Assembly: GCA_950097015.1 (NCBI GenBank) | Contig: CATNEN010000003.1 | Span: forward strand, 62,001 to 126,000 | DNA length: 64,000 nucleotides | Reading direction: 5' to 3' | Source of the DNA: Macrostomum hystrix | Lineage: Eukaryota > Animalia > Platyhelminthes | Shown: piece by piece, positions 50,101-61,984 of the stretch | Layout of the letters: each line of letters opens with the position of its first letter | Position numbering within the stretch: the first letter of the stretch is position 1 | Notes under the pieces: model-generated | Databases searched by the model: none | Seen by the model: only the letters and a program-made list of their open reading frames with translations | What the model was told of the DNA's origin: nothing | Made by a program: the position numbers and the translations under genes

Positions 50101-53100
50101 AGAAAATCAAATGCTTTCTCCCCTTTTCTAGCTCATCTGGTTGGGGTAGAAGTTTGGTCTTAGGATCAACCTGCGGATCTCCATAGGTGAACACTTTAAT
50201 GTTCTGCCATTTTTCATTGTCTTTTAGGCACTTTGCATATTCGGCAGCTACAATTTCTGGATTACTTGGAAGGCTCTTTTGGTTATTAAAACATTGAATA
50301 ATGTGTTCTTTGTGCAGTATGTTTTGAAGTCCAGAGATTAACATTTTATACTCATCTTGATACAGGGTGGGTGAGTAGATGTGCAGAGTGTCATAGTCGA
50401 TAAAGCCAGGTCTAAGAAGCATGTTAAAGACTCTGAATGTTTTGCCTGAACCTGACGAACCAACAACAATGCATCTGAAGTGACTCGGGATTGACTCGTG
50501 ATGAGAAAACTTTATCTGATTACGCGTCCAGTGAGGATTGAAGTCGTTTGAAAAGTCCATTTTTCTATGATGAAAAAAAATCATTTAGAAAATGTGTTAT
50601 TTCGGGACTTAGATGTGTCTTTTTGGGACTAGTCTTGTACCCTTACATGTCTTGTACCCTTGAAAAGTATACCCTAGTACCCTTGTACGCTAGTCAAATT
50701 TGAAACCACTTCCTTTTTTAATGCTAGCTCTTATATTCTCATAGATTGCAGGGTCCACACTGTCTGGGTTTGCGGCCAGCGGAGTCAATGGTGGCTGAAT
50801 ATCTTGTTTAGGCCTACTTTCTGTTACTGTATCCTTTATCTTTTTAGCCGCAGACAACGCTCCCCACTGATTCAGCCACGTTCTTAATATTATATTTGTT
50901 CTCACTAATGACTTTAAAGACCCGAGCACCCTGTGCGATCATGTCAGCAAGACCATTCCCGGAGCGTTCTTTCCTCGGATAGTGGCCTGCCGGGAAAAGT
51001 CCGGATCCGCGCTTCATTAGATTAAGTTCCTCCTTGTCATAGTATTTGTCCACGTCTTTCTCAAAAAATAAGCGGCGTTTTTATTGGGGGAAAAATTTTT
51101 TTTGTTAAAACGTGAAAGCAGAAGCTCTCTTGCCCGTTTGTCGATATACTTCTTTTCCATCATTTTGTCCAGGATGTTGACAAATTATTTTCTTTTTTCG
51201 TCTTTGCAGCTCCAAGAAGAACAGCCGCTCGCTTATAGATGTCAGAAATTCCTTTTCCAGTGGGGTTTTCAGGCGACTGAAATGATTGGTCGGTGGAGGA
51301 CTGGTCTGAAGGTGAACTCTCAACTGGTCTTTATTGTGGTGTGAACACTCTTGCCTTGATTTTATTCATTCGATCTGGAGAGTGTTGTTCTAGTTGTTGC
51401 CGGGTACTTACTCTTATAATTAGCTACTTGAGTCGGACCTGCCTTTTCACGTTCACTGAGTACGTCTTCGGGTGTTGATTCGGATGTTTGTTGCTGCTGT
51501 GGCGGTTGTTGTTCTATATATTTTATGGCATCTTCTTGATCTGGCAAACCAAAACATTGTTTAAAATGCTTGTACTTTTTGAATCTAGTCAGGATGACAC
51601 CGTTGTCATACATTTTTTTCAGAACTTGTGGGAGCTTTAGTATTTCTATATCTCTTGCAAGAGCAAAAGTTACTAGATCTCTGTAGTTCTTTAGTTACTT
51701 TTCCGAAATTTTCTCTTGGTTCTTAGTCATAAAAGTCAGTAAGACGTCTGTGAAAATTATGCTTTTAGTTTCTGAGCCTTTGAAAACAGAAATATATTTA
51801 TTATTTATGTCGATATAATATATCCACTGGTTCATTATAAATATTTTTTCTCCACAACTTATTCCAAATATATATTTCCCATCATGTTATATCCTATTAT
51901 ATCCCATCATGTTCCCACACGTAATACTGGTCCAAAAATGTTATCTGTCACTTTTAGTTGTGATTGATGCGATTCTGCTGGTTGCACCTGTATCTGCGGT
52001 GCTTCTGGAATTTTGTCCAAAGCCTTTTGCACCTGGGTTTCTTGTATGTCGTCAATAGTTTCTTTGACTTGATCAATTTCTTAGCTTCTCCATACCCGGG
52101 TTTATGAAACTCTGTGGCTGCTTGGACAAACTTATTGTAGGATTGTTGCTCCTTATTGATTAGCCCGGTAACTCTCTTTTCTGCTTGTGCTAGCTTCTCC
52201 AATTTAGATATTTGGTGTGCATTTTTTCTCTTCATTTCTTATTTTAGTTTTTTAGTTTAAAAAATGAACGACCCACTGACACCAGTTTTCTACAAAATTA
52301 ACAAGCCTATTTTGATTGATGATAGCACAATCAAAGCGACTCAAGTAAGAGTTCCCAGTCAGGAAATCAGAATGAAACTAATCTTGGTCCTGGTCAAACA
52401 CTGACATTCAAATTCGAATTAAAAATGGATTCGGACAATTCTTATCGTACGCACCATACAGAACTCTTGCAAACGGAGCAACAGGCGGATGGAAAGTCTG
52501 TTGCTGCGGCTTTCTGCATGGGGCTTATATATAAGAAAGAAAAATCCAGACAGCGGGCATATCACACCCTGGAAGAACTCTGCCCTATACAATTTGCTGT
52601 ACACGAAATGAGCAGGAGGAAAATCAATATTATTCTGGATCCGAATAATATAGATTTTGGATTGTGTGAGGATCTAAAATATCTTGTTCTTTCTTAATCT
52701 TCATTCACTTCCAGCCTTGCAACTAGCTCGCACGTCGCGGAGGAAATTCTCAGCCGGATAGACCTCATAGTGTCTGCTCTTTCCTCCTTTGCATCTGTTT
52801 TAGGTAAATATACTTGTGAATAATTGAACTACCAACTCAGTATGTTTTAGAAAACTTTTAAGTTTGCTTTTCGAGTTCTTCCGTTGCTGGAGGACAGATG
52901 CTGGTAGAGAAACCAAATCCTGTGAAAAGAGTTGTATTGAGTAATAAGGATATTCACGAGATTGTGCTGCAGTTTGAGACGGAAGATGGTGTTGGCGTTG
53001 ATTTCAAGGGTGAAGAGTTTGTATTGACGTTGATCATTGAGAGAATGTGAGCTGCCTAATGATTTCTGCAAAGTTATAGTAGCCGTCATAGTCCTTTACG

Positions 53101-56100
53101 TAGGTTACTCCATACTTATGAAACCAATGTCTTTGGAGAGCTAGATTAATATTAGGGACATTGATATCTACGCCGGGCCAATATTTTCTCATGTATTCGC
53201 TGCATTCTAGTTTGCATCGGTACTTACTCTTGTAATTATGCTCATGCCTTGTGTAGTAAGATCCTGGAGAGACGATTGGAAACATTTTTAACGAGAATTT
53301 AATTTATTTTTCGGAGGATGAGCACCCTGGGTTTGGGATCTTGAGTTTTGGGATTGGGATTTTAGCGCTAATTTGATTGTCTTGGCATGCTTTTTGCAGG
53401 TTCACTTTTTTTCCTGATCTCTTCGGGAATAGTTTGTGGATTAAGGTGGCTGCGATAATTTTTTTGTCCCAGATATGCAACTCACAAACTGATATGGAAT
53501 ATTAAAAGTAGAGAATTTAGAATATGGAGACAGATTTTTCGCGAGAGAGGTGGGGACCTTTTTTTCCTGATCTCTTCGGGAAAAATAAAGGTAATGGTTT
53601 GTACATTATGGAGGCTGCGATTATTTTTGTCCTAGAAGGCCCCCTTTGCATACTACTATCTAGGCATAGACTTCTACGGACCAGTCCAGGGCCAGATGCT
53701 ACTAGTCATCACAGACTTCTACTCAAAATATCCATAAGTCTGCTTCTTGAACTCATCGACAGCCGAGAGCGTGACCCCGCACCTTCGCCGGCTGTTCGGT
53801 AGATTCGGCGTCCCCATCGAGGTGGTCACTGAGAACGGCACCAAAGTGGCCATTTAATTCAGCCGCTTTCCGCAGCTTCCTCACCGCATTAGATATCTAA
53901 TCTGACCGCTCCACCCTGAATCCAGACGGCTATGGCCGAAGGGCGTAACTGAAAGAAGGCCATCGAGGATAGGCTGCTGGCTTTCTTGCGTTCTATCAAC
54001 TTTTTTCCGCCTGATTGTTGTAACAATCCCTTGCTTTAAAGCTGTGCTCGTTTCGCTTTTATCCCCCGGCAGTCTCTCTGGTTGGGGAGAAGTGTAGGCG
54101 CCCAGTGGGCGCGCGTTCGTTCAGTCGTGTTAGCTGTAGGCTCTGAGTTATATCGTAGTGTGCGTTGAGCTGCGAGCGATTTATGTACATCTGCGCGTAT
54201 CACGTGCACGTTGCATGCTCATCACCAAATATCGAATATTGCTGAGAGGCTACTTCCCTTTTTCGTCAATACAATTCATCGGTCTCTCGGCTCTGCTTAC
54301 AAGTGTCTCCCAGGAGTTTATCGAGATCTGCAGTTAGAAAAGAAAACATGATCACCTTAAAAAACAAAATTTTTGCTATGGTATGGTATTTACTGATCAA
54401 AGGACTATCAACTGTTTTCGTGTTTAGTTTGTATAAAACAGTCAATGAATAAACATTGCATTACATGGTTATTGTTTTGTTTTTCAACTGCACCGTGCAA
54501 ACAGACTCCTGCCCCCAATGTAATAAAAGCCCCACACAATGGAGATACACGACTGTCACTCCAAGCCAGCACTCCGACATCACAATATACTTCGCATTTC
54601 AGACATCCCAGATTTTAACTACATTCTGTAAGGAATTCTAATATACTCGTATATTAGAAATTCAATTCTTCCTCGATTATTTACCTAGCCTGTGGCTCGT
54701 ACATCAAAAGCCACATACAGAATGTAGTGAATATCGACTTTTGAACAAAGAATTACTTTCAAACCCGAATAATTCTAGAATCGAAACGACGTATTCTTCT
54801 TGCTTTTCTTGACTCAGATAAAAAACTGGTCACAGCCAATCCAAAAGTGGTCTCCTGACAATGTGTAATGTGCATTCTACTGCGCATTATTTTTAATGTG
54901 TAGATGTCTGAATATGTAATTTCCGAGGTACAAAGAAATCCTGGCTACAAAATTTGAGCAAAATTGGAGACACGAGTACACTCGTAAGCAGTATTTGTTT
55001 TATAGATTAGTCATACACTGCTTGGGTGGTCGTGTCGTAGATTCACAGATTTTATTTTTAGTCAGTGAAGCCAGAGACTGCTGAGGCCAGAGCGGATATA
55101 TCTTGCTTGTTTTTGTCAGAGCAGAACTTAAAGTCAGACATAGCTCGTACTTAAAAGCCGCATGAACGAATTGGCGGAACAAAGCTGACATCCGATCTGG
55201 ATGCATGGGGCATACCTCATGCATGGCATGCCAAAATATTGACTTAATGCCAATGGATTTCACTCAATAAGTTACGTATTGTGTTGTGTGCTACGAAAGT
55301 ATTACAGTAAGCATTGAATCAGGATCTTCTGCTATATCCATTGAGCTTTTCGTACAAGCAAGACAACGTCAAATATATTTTTTTTCGCTTGCACCATTTC
55401 AGTTCAGTCGCTTCAGTCCTTATTTTCAAATCGAATGCATCAGCTTTTGCTATAATCCCATTAAGTTGCGTTTGAGTGTACATGGTTTCGGCTTATAGCG
55501 GGTTGGCTTTCTGACATGAAGGAGGGGATGATGTACTCTGACCGGAAAAAGTTTGATGTAAGTCATGTTATTGTACTTAGTTAGGTTGCATGAGCTCGAT
55601 TACTTATTTCAGTTTCTGCCTCCTTTTAAATAACTCGTATGAACAACTGTGTAATCTAGCCGACAGTAATTTATAAGTCACGTGAAGAGGTTTTAAAATT
55701 GTACCTCTTTTCTAAAAAACAATAACATATACACTTGTAGCATAAGTCTAAGCATGCTGAAAAAAAGCATCAAACCCAGGTCAGTAAAAGTAAAAGCAGT
55801 AGAGCATCTTGGTCAATTCTGTCACTTTTTTCTATTCTTTAAAAAACTTTTTTTGACACTTCATACCCAATTAAAGACGAGCACAGAAAGAGTTTTTAGA
55901 GTGCTTGGTTGCTTCGTTGCTTATTTATACTACATTCTTGTACATTCTTGCGTCTGCATGATGCCCTGCGTGGCATTGGTCATGAACCGAAAAATTTCGG
56001 GAGTTTGCTATAATTTTTCGCAACGATACATTCTTTACGAATCCATATGGATTTCATGGCGTCGTTCGACCGCACATATGCGCCAATCCGTGCGTACAAT

Positions 56101-59100
56101 CCGAGCGTACGCTCGTAAGTGCGCAAGTATAGTTCCAAACAAACAAATAATCATTCTAAATAAACACTACTTTCAGAAGCAGAAGTAGAGCTCTCACCCG
56201 AGCAGTAGTACAGCACATTCGTAATTCCGGAAGGCATGTAGGCCAAAACCTTGTAAGTGCCGAGCAGGCGCTGCAGGTGAAACGGTGCCCAGCAAATGAA
56301 GAAAGTGACAACGATCACAACTGCAGGTTGTGTGGAAAAATGCTATGTAAAATTAAGTTAAAGTAAAATACTTCTTCAAATTTACCACACAAAATTGGCT
56401 AGTTTTGGATCGAAAAATAATTTAGGTCATGCAAGACAAAAATAGTAGGAAGAAAACCCACACAAGTTGCACAGCAATAAAAATATTTGCATCACCAATT
56501 GTCACTGTAAATAACTGAGCTCAGAAAGCAGAGAGTCCTAGCTTGAAAGCACCGCTAACGCACAGTAAATGAAGATGCGTCACTGCTGACCAATCAAAAG
56601 TCAAGAGCGGCTGTACCAACTGGTCAAAGTTTGTTGGTGACTGTGAACGATTTTCAACGAAAAGGGCACTGTTCCCACAAGGTTGACAAAAATTTATGCG
56701 TTTATGCGTCAGAACTTCAGTATGATACAAGCTAAACTAATTAAGAAGTAGTCGTATAAAATAAGCCGTGAAATTCGAGAAAGTCATAAAAGAAAATACC
56801 GTTTGTCTTTCAATAGGAGCATGACTTTAATTTAAAGTTTAGATACCTTTCATTGATTTTGAGAACACAAACTATAAGTTCCTGTTTCCTTAACTTTCTG
56901 TTCTTAACCTTGAAAATAACTACATTTTTGCGTTTAGTCAGCTGGCCATTTTCCAGTCAGCTTTATAACTTATAAAAATGGTATATTAAAAAATATCAGC
57001 AAGTACCGATACAGGGCCGCATACGAGCGCGTACTGTGATTTTTGCGCCATACAGGAACCAAATAGAAGTGGAGCAATGTGCGTAGTACTTACTGTATAT
57101 AGGGAACTTATTCAACGACCGACTGGTCCAGCTTGAAGTGCACAGAAATTTCAATACAGCTTTGTGATCAGTCTGACTGCGATTAGCTTTTGACGGGCAA
57201 AACTTTGATCGGCGTTTGGAAAAAGTTTTTAGTGGCAGTACAGAAATGATGATAAATCAGTATAGTGCTCATTTGAGCGACCGAGCGCATACTGATCGAC
57301 TTATCGTTTTACTCAGTCTTACCGTACATGCACATCTTGTGAAAAGTAGGTCCACCAATTCTGGCACTGTTGCTCCTTTCTGTGTTGATCATCAAGTTGG
57401 GATGTAATAAACTTTTAAAGAGGAAAAGAGCAACATGTTGAATATGCAGAAAATCCAGGGACAATGTAAAAGGACTATAGCTTTGAATAGCTTTCATCAA
57501 ACATAATCAAACTTTCGTCAAACATAAAAACAATGTGGTGAAAGTTATATCGGAAAATTGTGAATTAAAATAAAAAATAGCAAAATTAGCAAATAATAGT
57601 TTACTTAAAAACCGAGAACAAGGACGGTTGTAGTGAGCCATGCAATGACTACACTGCAGACGCTACTCAACTGTGTTTTCTAACTCTATGTGAAAAAATC
57701 TCTGGACAAAATTCTGTGTCTGAAAGGTTTTGCAGTTTGGCTGAATTCATTAGCAGAAACGCGACAGCAAGCCTGTGTTTTTTAAATAGTCAAGGTAAAA
57801 GCAACTGAATTTAATACAAAATCTCCATTGACAGAAATTTTAGCTAATTGGTTGATTTCAATCGCGAAAGCTTTTTTTCGACCAAACCAAATATTTGCGT
57901 GTTGCCTAAAGAATTGCTTTGTTACTGAGGGATTCATATTTCCCCTGATTTGTCTACTTGTGCCTCGCTTAGAGCTAGCAGTTTTGATCAGCTTATGCAG
58001 ATTCAGTGCTGAAAAAATATACGAAGAACCACGCTTTTTGTCGTGTCACGCTTGGCTCTTCCTGAATTGGGAAATCGCTAACGAGATGACTGTTAGGGAT
58101 ATTACAGATGAATATGAGTAAAAACGCGATGCGGCAGCAATGTAAGAGCAATGTGTAGGTACAGCTAATATGAAAATATCTGAGAATTTAACTCAAAATA
58201 AAAAAAATGTGCAAATCAACAGGGAAGCCATGCACTTGATGAAACGTTGCTGTTGCAGGTAAGCAAAATAAATCGAAGGTAAGAAAATTGTCAAAGAAAA
58301 TAGAGGTGAACTCTGCTTTTTATCGAACAAAAAAATACTAAAGCAAGACTCTGACATATAAAAACGAATTTTTTACGTTTTCCCGACTCTAAAATTAACA
58401 ACGATTTTTTTTTCAATTTCCATCATGCCGTTCCGCTGCCGTTCTGGAGCGTCTGTTCGTATTTGAGTTGATAATTCTAGAGATGCTTTCAATCACTCAT
58501 GAGTGTTTCGTTCTGATGGTTCGCTTTTCATTTAGCATTTGGTGCCTCAGATTTTTATAGCAGACAATTTTTTCGATACTGTTTTAAGATTGTGAATAGA
58601 AAACACGACAATTAAAGACCCTATAAAAATAACTTGGGGCTTATCCTCTGGCAACAGCATACATTTTTCTCTATAAAAGAGGTTATATCAACAAATCTCA
58701 TGAACTAAGCAATGCATGTCTAATAATATATTCTATTATCAATGCATATTAAGCGCAGATATAATATGCATTGCATTACACATTTTACCGTTCAATGAAT
58801 TTTCCGCTTTGATCTTATTCTAGACTCAACTCACTTAGCATCCTGACAACTGAATTCTTTGACCTTCTGTCTTGGGAGCTTCCCCTGCCGCTACCACTTG
58901 CGTTGTCGCCGTCATTCCTTCGTCTAGCGCTGGACAGAGAATTAGATCGTCCTAGAGCAACGGCAATCAACACATACAGAACAGTGATAACGCACATCGG
59001 AACAACAAAGAAGACCAAACCGGAAACTTGAAAGTGTGCGCTGCAGAGTGCAGCATCAGCACAGTGGCAAACGACACTCTGTGGAACTGGTTGTCCGGTT

Positions 59101-59458
59101 AGATTGGCCCAGTCTGGATCCGGACAGCCGCGAGGCAAACTAGGGACGTCTGTGGAATTTAAGCTCGGGTAGTTTGCGTAGGCTACTGGTCTGGATGCGA
59201 AGCCCACGGGCAGACAGGCAGTGGCGGCCATCAGCCAGATGGACATGATAATTAGCACGGTGCGCTTGAAGCTGGAGACCATTTGAGCGCGTAATGGATG
59301 CGCTATAGCAATGTAGCGCTCCACAGTAAAACAGGTGATTGTTAGAACGCTTACGGCCGGTGTCAGTTCGGCTAGAAAGTTGCGCATTCGACAGAGCTCC
59401 GGGCCGAGGTACCAAGGGTACTGTTCCACAAGGGTGCTGTACAGTTCATGCGGGATGC
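47119..59458 (-). CDS. Class A peptide GPCR, neuromedin U/pyrokinin/capa receptor-like; exons 59458-58835, 56320-56198, 47609-47119 (TM1-2 exon not seen)
   Basis: YPWYLG..LC..E....SVLTI..F.VERY.AI.HPL; FFVVPM.VI.VLY; VRML..VV.FFICWAPFHLQRL; FYISSTLNPIFYNLMSAKFR; all three acceptors are phase 1 with GT-AG sites. Confidence 0.9.
48596..48889 (-). CDS. Small two-TM Gly/Ala-rich protein fragment of the viral relic
   Basis: KKLNRYN..MLLGSVSVLSGSAAAVSTLLVITAPIAIPLGVVGATCGLISA. Confidence 0.45.
   Translation of the reverse strand: MVEIQKMRDDIERQIDHNTKKLNRYNSQCKVFDYLNMLLGSVSVLSGSAAAVSTLLVITAPIAIPLGVVGATCGLISAVTGALSLIKVPLLYLLQAQ
49029..49745 (-). CDS. Coiled-coil protein of the viral relic (fibre-like by inference)
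   Basis: 238-aa ORF with long heptad patterning, directly downstream of the ATPase. Confidence 0.55.
   Translation of the reverse strand: MSINFAGESLDRGSTLTSAHLSYLDRRYINVDEKNPEIKLIKDRLKALERAKHEQQINMEDLRLNVAKRKEEIDILYLQFVRDRDTLDTLVAAITTLRSDMDTLRTALDNRENLVEERVAENTTKVRNLEAFMLRSSTVHDRLSSRLTAAESDIATLQRLANETKETIRPMEQNVTRHTKYLNRIYNDWGKTKRRLSRLERLHNLPGIDIEEARVSDGPSEEAAREAARRATDLRERS
49772..50584 (-). CDS. A32/FtsK-like viral DNA packaging ATPase
   Basis: Walker A GSSGSGKT, Walker B LIFFDD, TRGRH arginine-finger motif, YIAQ, KTIRENCN. Confidence 0.88.
   Translation of the reverse strand: MIFFHHRKMDFSNDFNPHWTRNQIKFSHHESIPSHFRCIVVGSSGSGKTFRVFNMLLRPGFIDYDTLHIYSPTLYQDEYKMLISGLQNILHKEHIIQCFNNQKSLPSNPEIVAAEYAKCLKDNEKWQNIKVFTYGDPQVDPKTKLLPQPDELEKGRKHLIFFDDCMTGPQKQIENYFTRGRHNNCNVIYIAQNWFELPNKTIRENCNLILLFPTIPQDGLKIFYNEVIAPAHFINPTKDSNRKISQEEFVNLCYDKWNQPYQFVMINKEK
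53770..54301 (+). mobile_element. Gypsy integrase remnant plus 3' LTR (54093-54301)
   Basis: LFGRFGVPIEVVTENG relic; PPT TGGGGAGAAG followed by TGTAGG...CTTACA. Confidence 0.65.
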
Positions 59459-60779
59459 CTGCGATAGGGCAATATGAATTAGCAAAATTGTCTACCCAAG
59501 ATTGAATTTATTAGTGGTCGGCTAATAATTCAAAGAGTAAAGGTTTTGTTTGTTTCCTGGGTACTAAATTAATAATACGACAAAATTAGTTACGCTTGTG
59601 TAGCTGGAGACCTTTTGAGCGCGACCTTTTAATATATATGATAATAATAATAAAATAACAATTGCAGGATGGCTGTGTGCAATGGCACAATATTTGCACG
59701 AAAGATATAAAAAAGCACTGCGGTTGCGCACTACATACTAGTAATTGTGGCCTCGACGCGAAATCAAGCTAGGGACTTTGGTGCGAGAGGCAAAAGCGTT
59801 TACCGCTCTGCCACACCCAGGACGGTAAATGTGGGTGGTTTAATATTTGGACCTATAATGTGTGGTTTGAAAAGCCAACCGATTTCAAGGGCAAGCCGTG
59901 AAATAAAATGAAATTGAATAAAATTCATTTGACAACGATACACATTCGTTACACAAAATACGAGTAAGATACTGGACTGAGCCACACTGAGGTTTAAATC
60001 GTAGATTATATATTTTTTAATTAGATTCTTAGAACTTCTTAATATATCCTAACCAAAACGTAACGTATTGTACTCTAGTCTACTCTACCCCAATTTTTAC
60101 AAGTTGCCAAAACAATAAAATAGAACTTTATATATATGGATTTATAAGCAGTCTATTTGTATCCGAAGAAAAGGAAAAACTAAAATATGACCCTTTTATA
60201 TGATTTTGAAGCCAATAAAAAACCAACACGTCTGGTCTAACGATCGTATACAGAAATTATTTGGACTGGACTATTCAACGGAATAAATGATGTTCCAGAG
60301 CAATTAGCAATATTACACTCTCCTTCTATTTCATTTTGATGGTATACAGGGAAGAGAAATTTTTCCCATGCGAATGATAAAAAAGGCGGAAATTAGAAGC
60401 ACCGGGCAGCAGCAAAGAGTAGAGATTAATTAGCCGGCTGAGAGACATAAAAGATTTTAGCCAGTGGTGGCAGTCCTGTTTCCAATTATGCTCCGGCTTC
60501 TAGAACATGCTCGAGTGGGCGATATGGCGTTGTCGGACAAGTAAATCAGTGAGCTGGTCAGATACCCTGGGTTCTCCGGGAACAGCGTAGGAGAACTGGA
60601 AGTGTGCACAACCCCCAGGGGTTTCTTCACGCGCAGCCCCGATCATCCATATATCTGTGCCTAATTTTATAATTCATGGACTTAAGGGCAAAACTTGAAA
60701 CCAGCGCGCACGCCAGAATTTCCTTATTTTGACAAAAAAAATTTAATAAGCGCATTTTACTATTAATGCAGGCAAACTC

Positions 60780-61984
60780 CGGAGGTCGGCAAACTCCGGC
60801 CCGCGGGCCAGATGCGGCCCTCAAAGCTCCAAAATCCGGCCTGCTGCCCCCTTTCGACACCCAGTATCCTGTGTCATCTTTCCCTGTCTCATCCCTCCCG
60901 TGTCTTATCTTTCCATGTCTCGTCTCTCCTATGTCTCATCTCCCCCTGTCTCATCTCTCCCCTGTATGGTCCTATGGTCTCTCCCATGTCTCATCTCTCG
61001 GCCGTGTCTCATCTCTCCCGCGTCTTATCTCTCCGTATCTCATCTCTCCCGCGTCTCATTTCTCCGCGTCTCATCTCTCCCGCGTCTCATCCCTCCCGTG
61101 TCTCATCACTCCCGTGTCTCATCTTTCCCGTGTCTCATCTCTCTGCTGCCTCATCTCTCCTGTGTCTCATCTTTCCCGTGTTTCATCTCTCCCGTGTCTC
61201 ATCATCACACCCGTGTCCCATCCCCCCTGTCTCATCTCTCCCCTGTATGGTCCTATGGTCTCTCCCATGTCTCATCTCTCGGCCGTGTCTCATCTCTCCC
61301 GCGTCTTATCTCTCCGTATCTCATCTCTCCCGCGTCTCATTTCTCCGCGTCTCATCTCTCCCGCGTCTCATCCCTCCCGTGTCTCATCACTCCCGTGTCT
61401 CATCTTTCCCGTGTCTCATCTCTCTTCTGCTTCATCTCTCCTGTGTCTCATCTTTCCCGTGTCTCATCTTTCCCGTGTCTCATCTCTCTGCTGCCTCATC
61501 TCTCCTGTGTCTCATCTTTCCCGTGTTTCATCTCTCCCGTGTCTCATCATCACACCCGTGTCCCATCCCCCCTGTCTCATCTCTCCCCTGTATGGTCCTA
61601 TGGTCTCTCCCATGTCTCGTCTCTCGGCCGTGTCTCATCTCTCCCGCGTCTTATCTCTCCGTATCTCATCTCTCCCGCGTCTCATTTCTCCGCGTCTCAT
61701 CTCTCCCGCGTCTCATCCCTCCCGTGTCTCATCACTCCCGTGTCTCATCTTTCCCGTGTCTCATCTCTCTTCTGCTTCATCTCTCCTGTGTCTCATCTTT
61801 CCCGTGTTTCATCTCTCCCGTGTCTCATCATCACACCCGTGTCCCATCCCCCCTGTCTCATCTCTCCGTGTCTTATCTTTTCCGTGTCTCATCTCTCCCC
61901 TGTCTCATATTTCTACAGTCAATGCGGCCCACTGTCGTCTTTTAGGTTCTCTCTTTGGCTCGCTAATAAGATTGCCGACCCCTG
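60780..61984. mobile_element. hAT (Charlie-like) non-autonomous element carrying a minisatellite
   Basis: Left cggaggtcggcaaactccggcccgcgggcc, right tgccgacccctg (inverse of CAGGGGTCGGCA); no TSD match. Confidence 0.75.
60870..61910. repeat. ~16-bp minisatellite (gtgtctcatctctccc) with higher-order repeats
   Basis: Marker cctgtatggtcctatggtc at 60961, 61242 and 61587. Confidence 0.95.

Larger units (their letters stand above)
48190..53640. mobile_element. Decayed endogenous Polinton-like/adintovirus-like virus in the GPCR intron
   Basis: Dense, intronless, AT-rich ORFs around an A32-type packaging ATPase; no polB or integrase seen; boundaries approximate. Confidence 0.7.
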
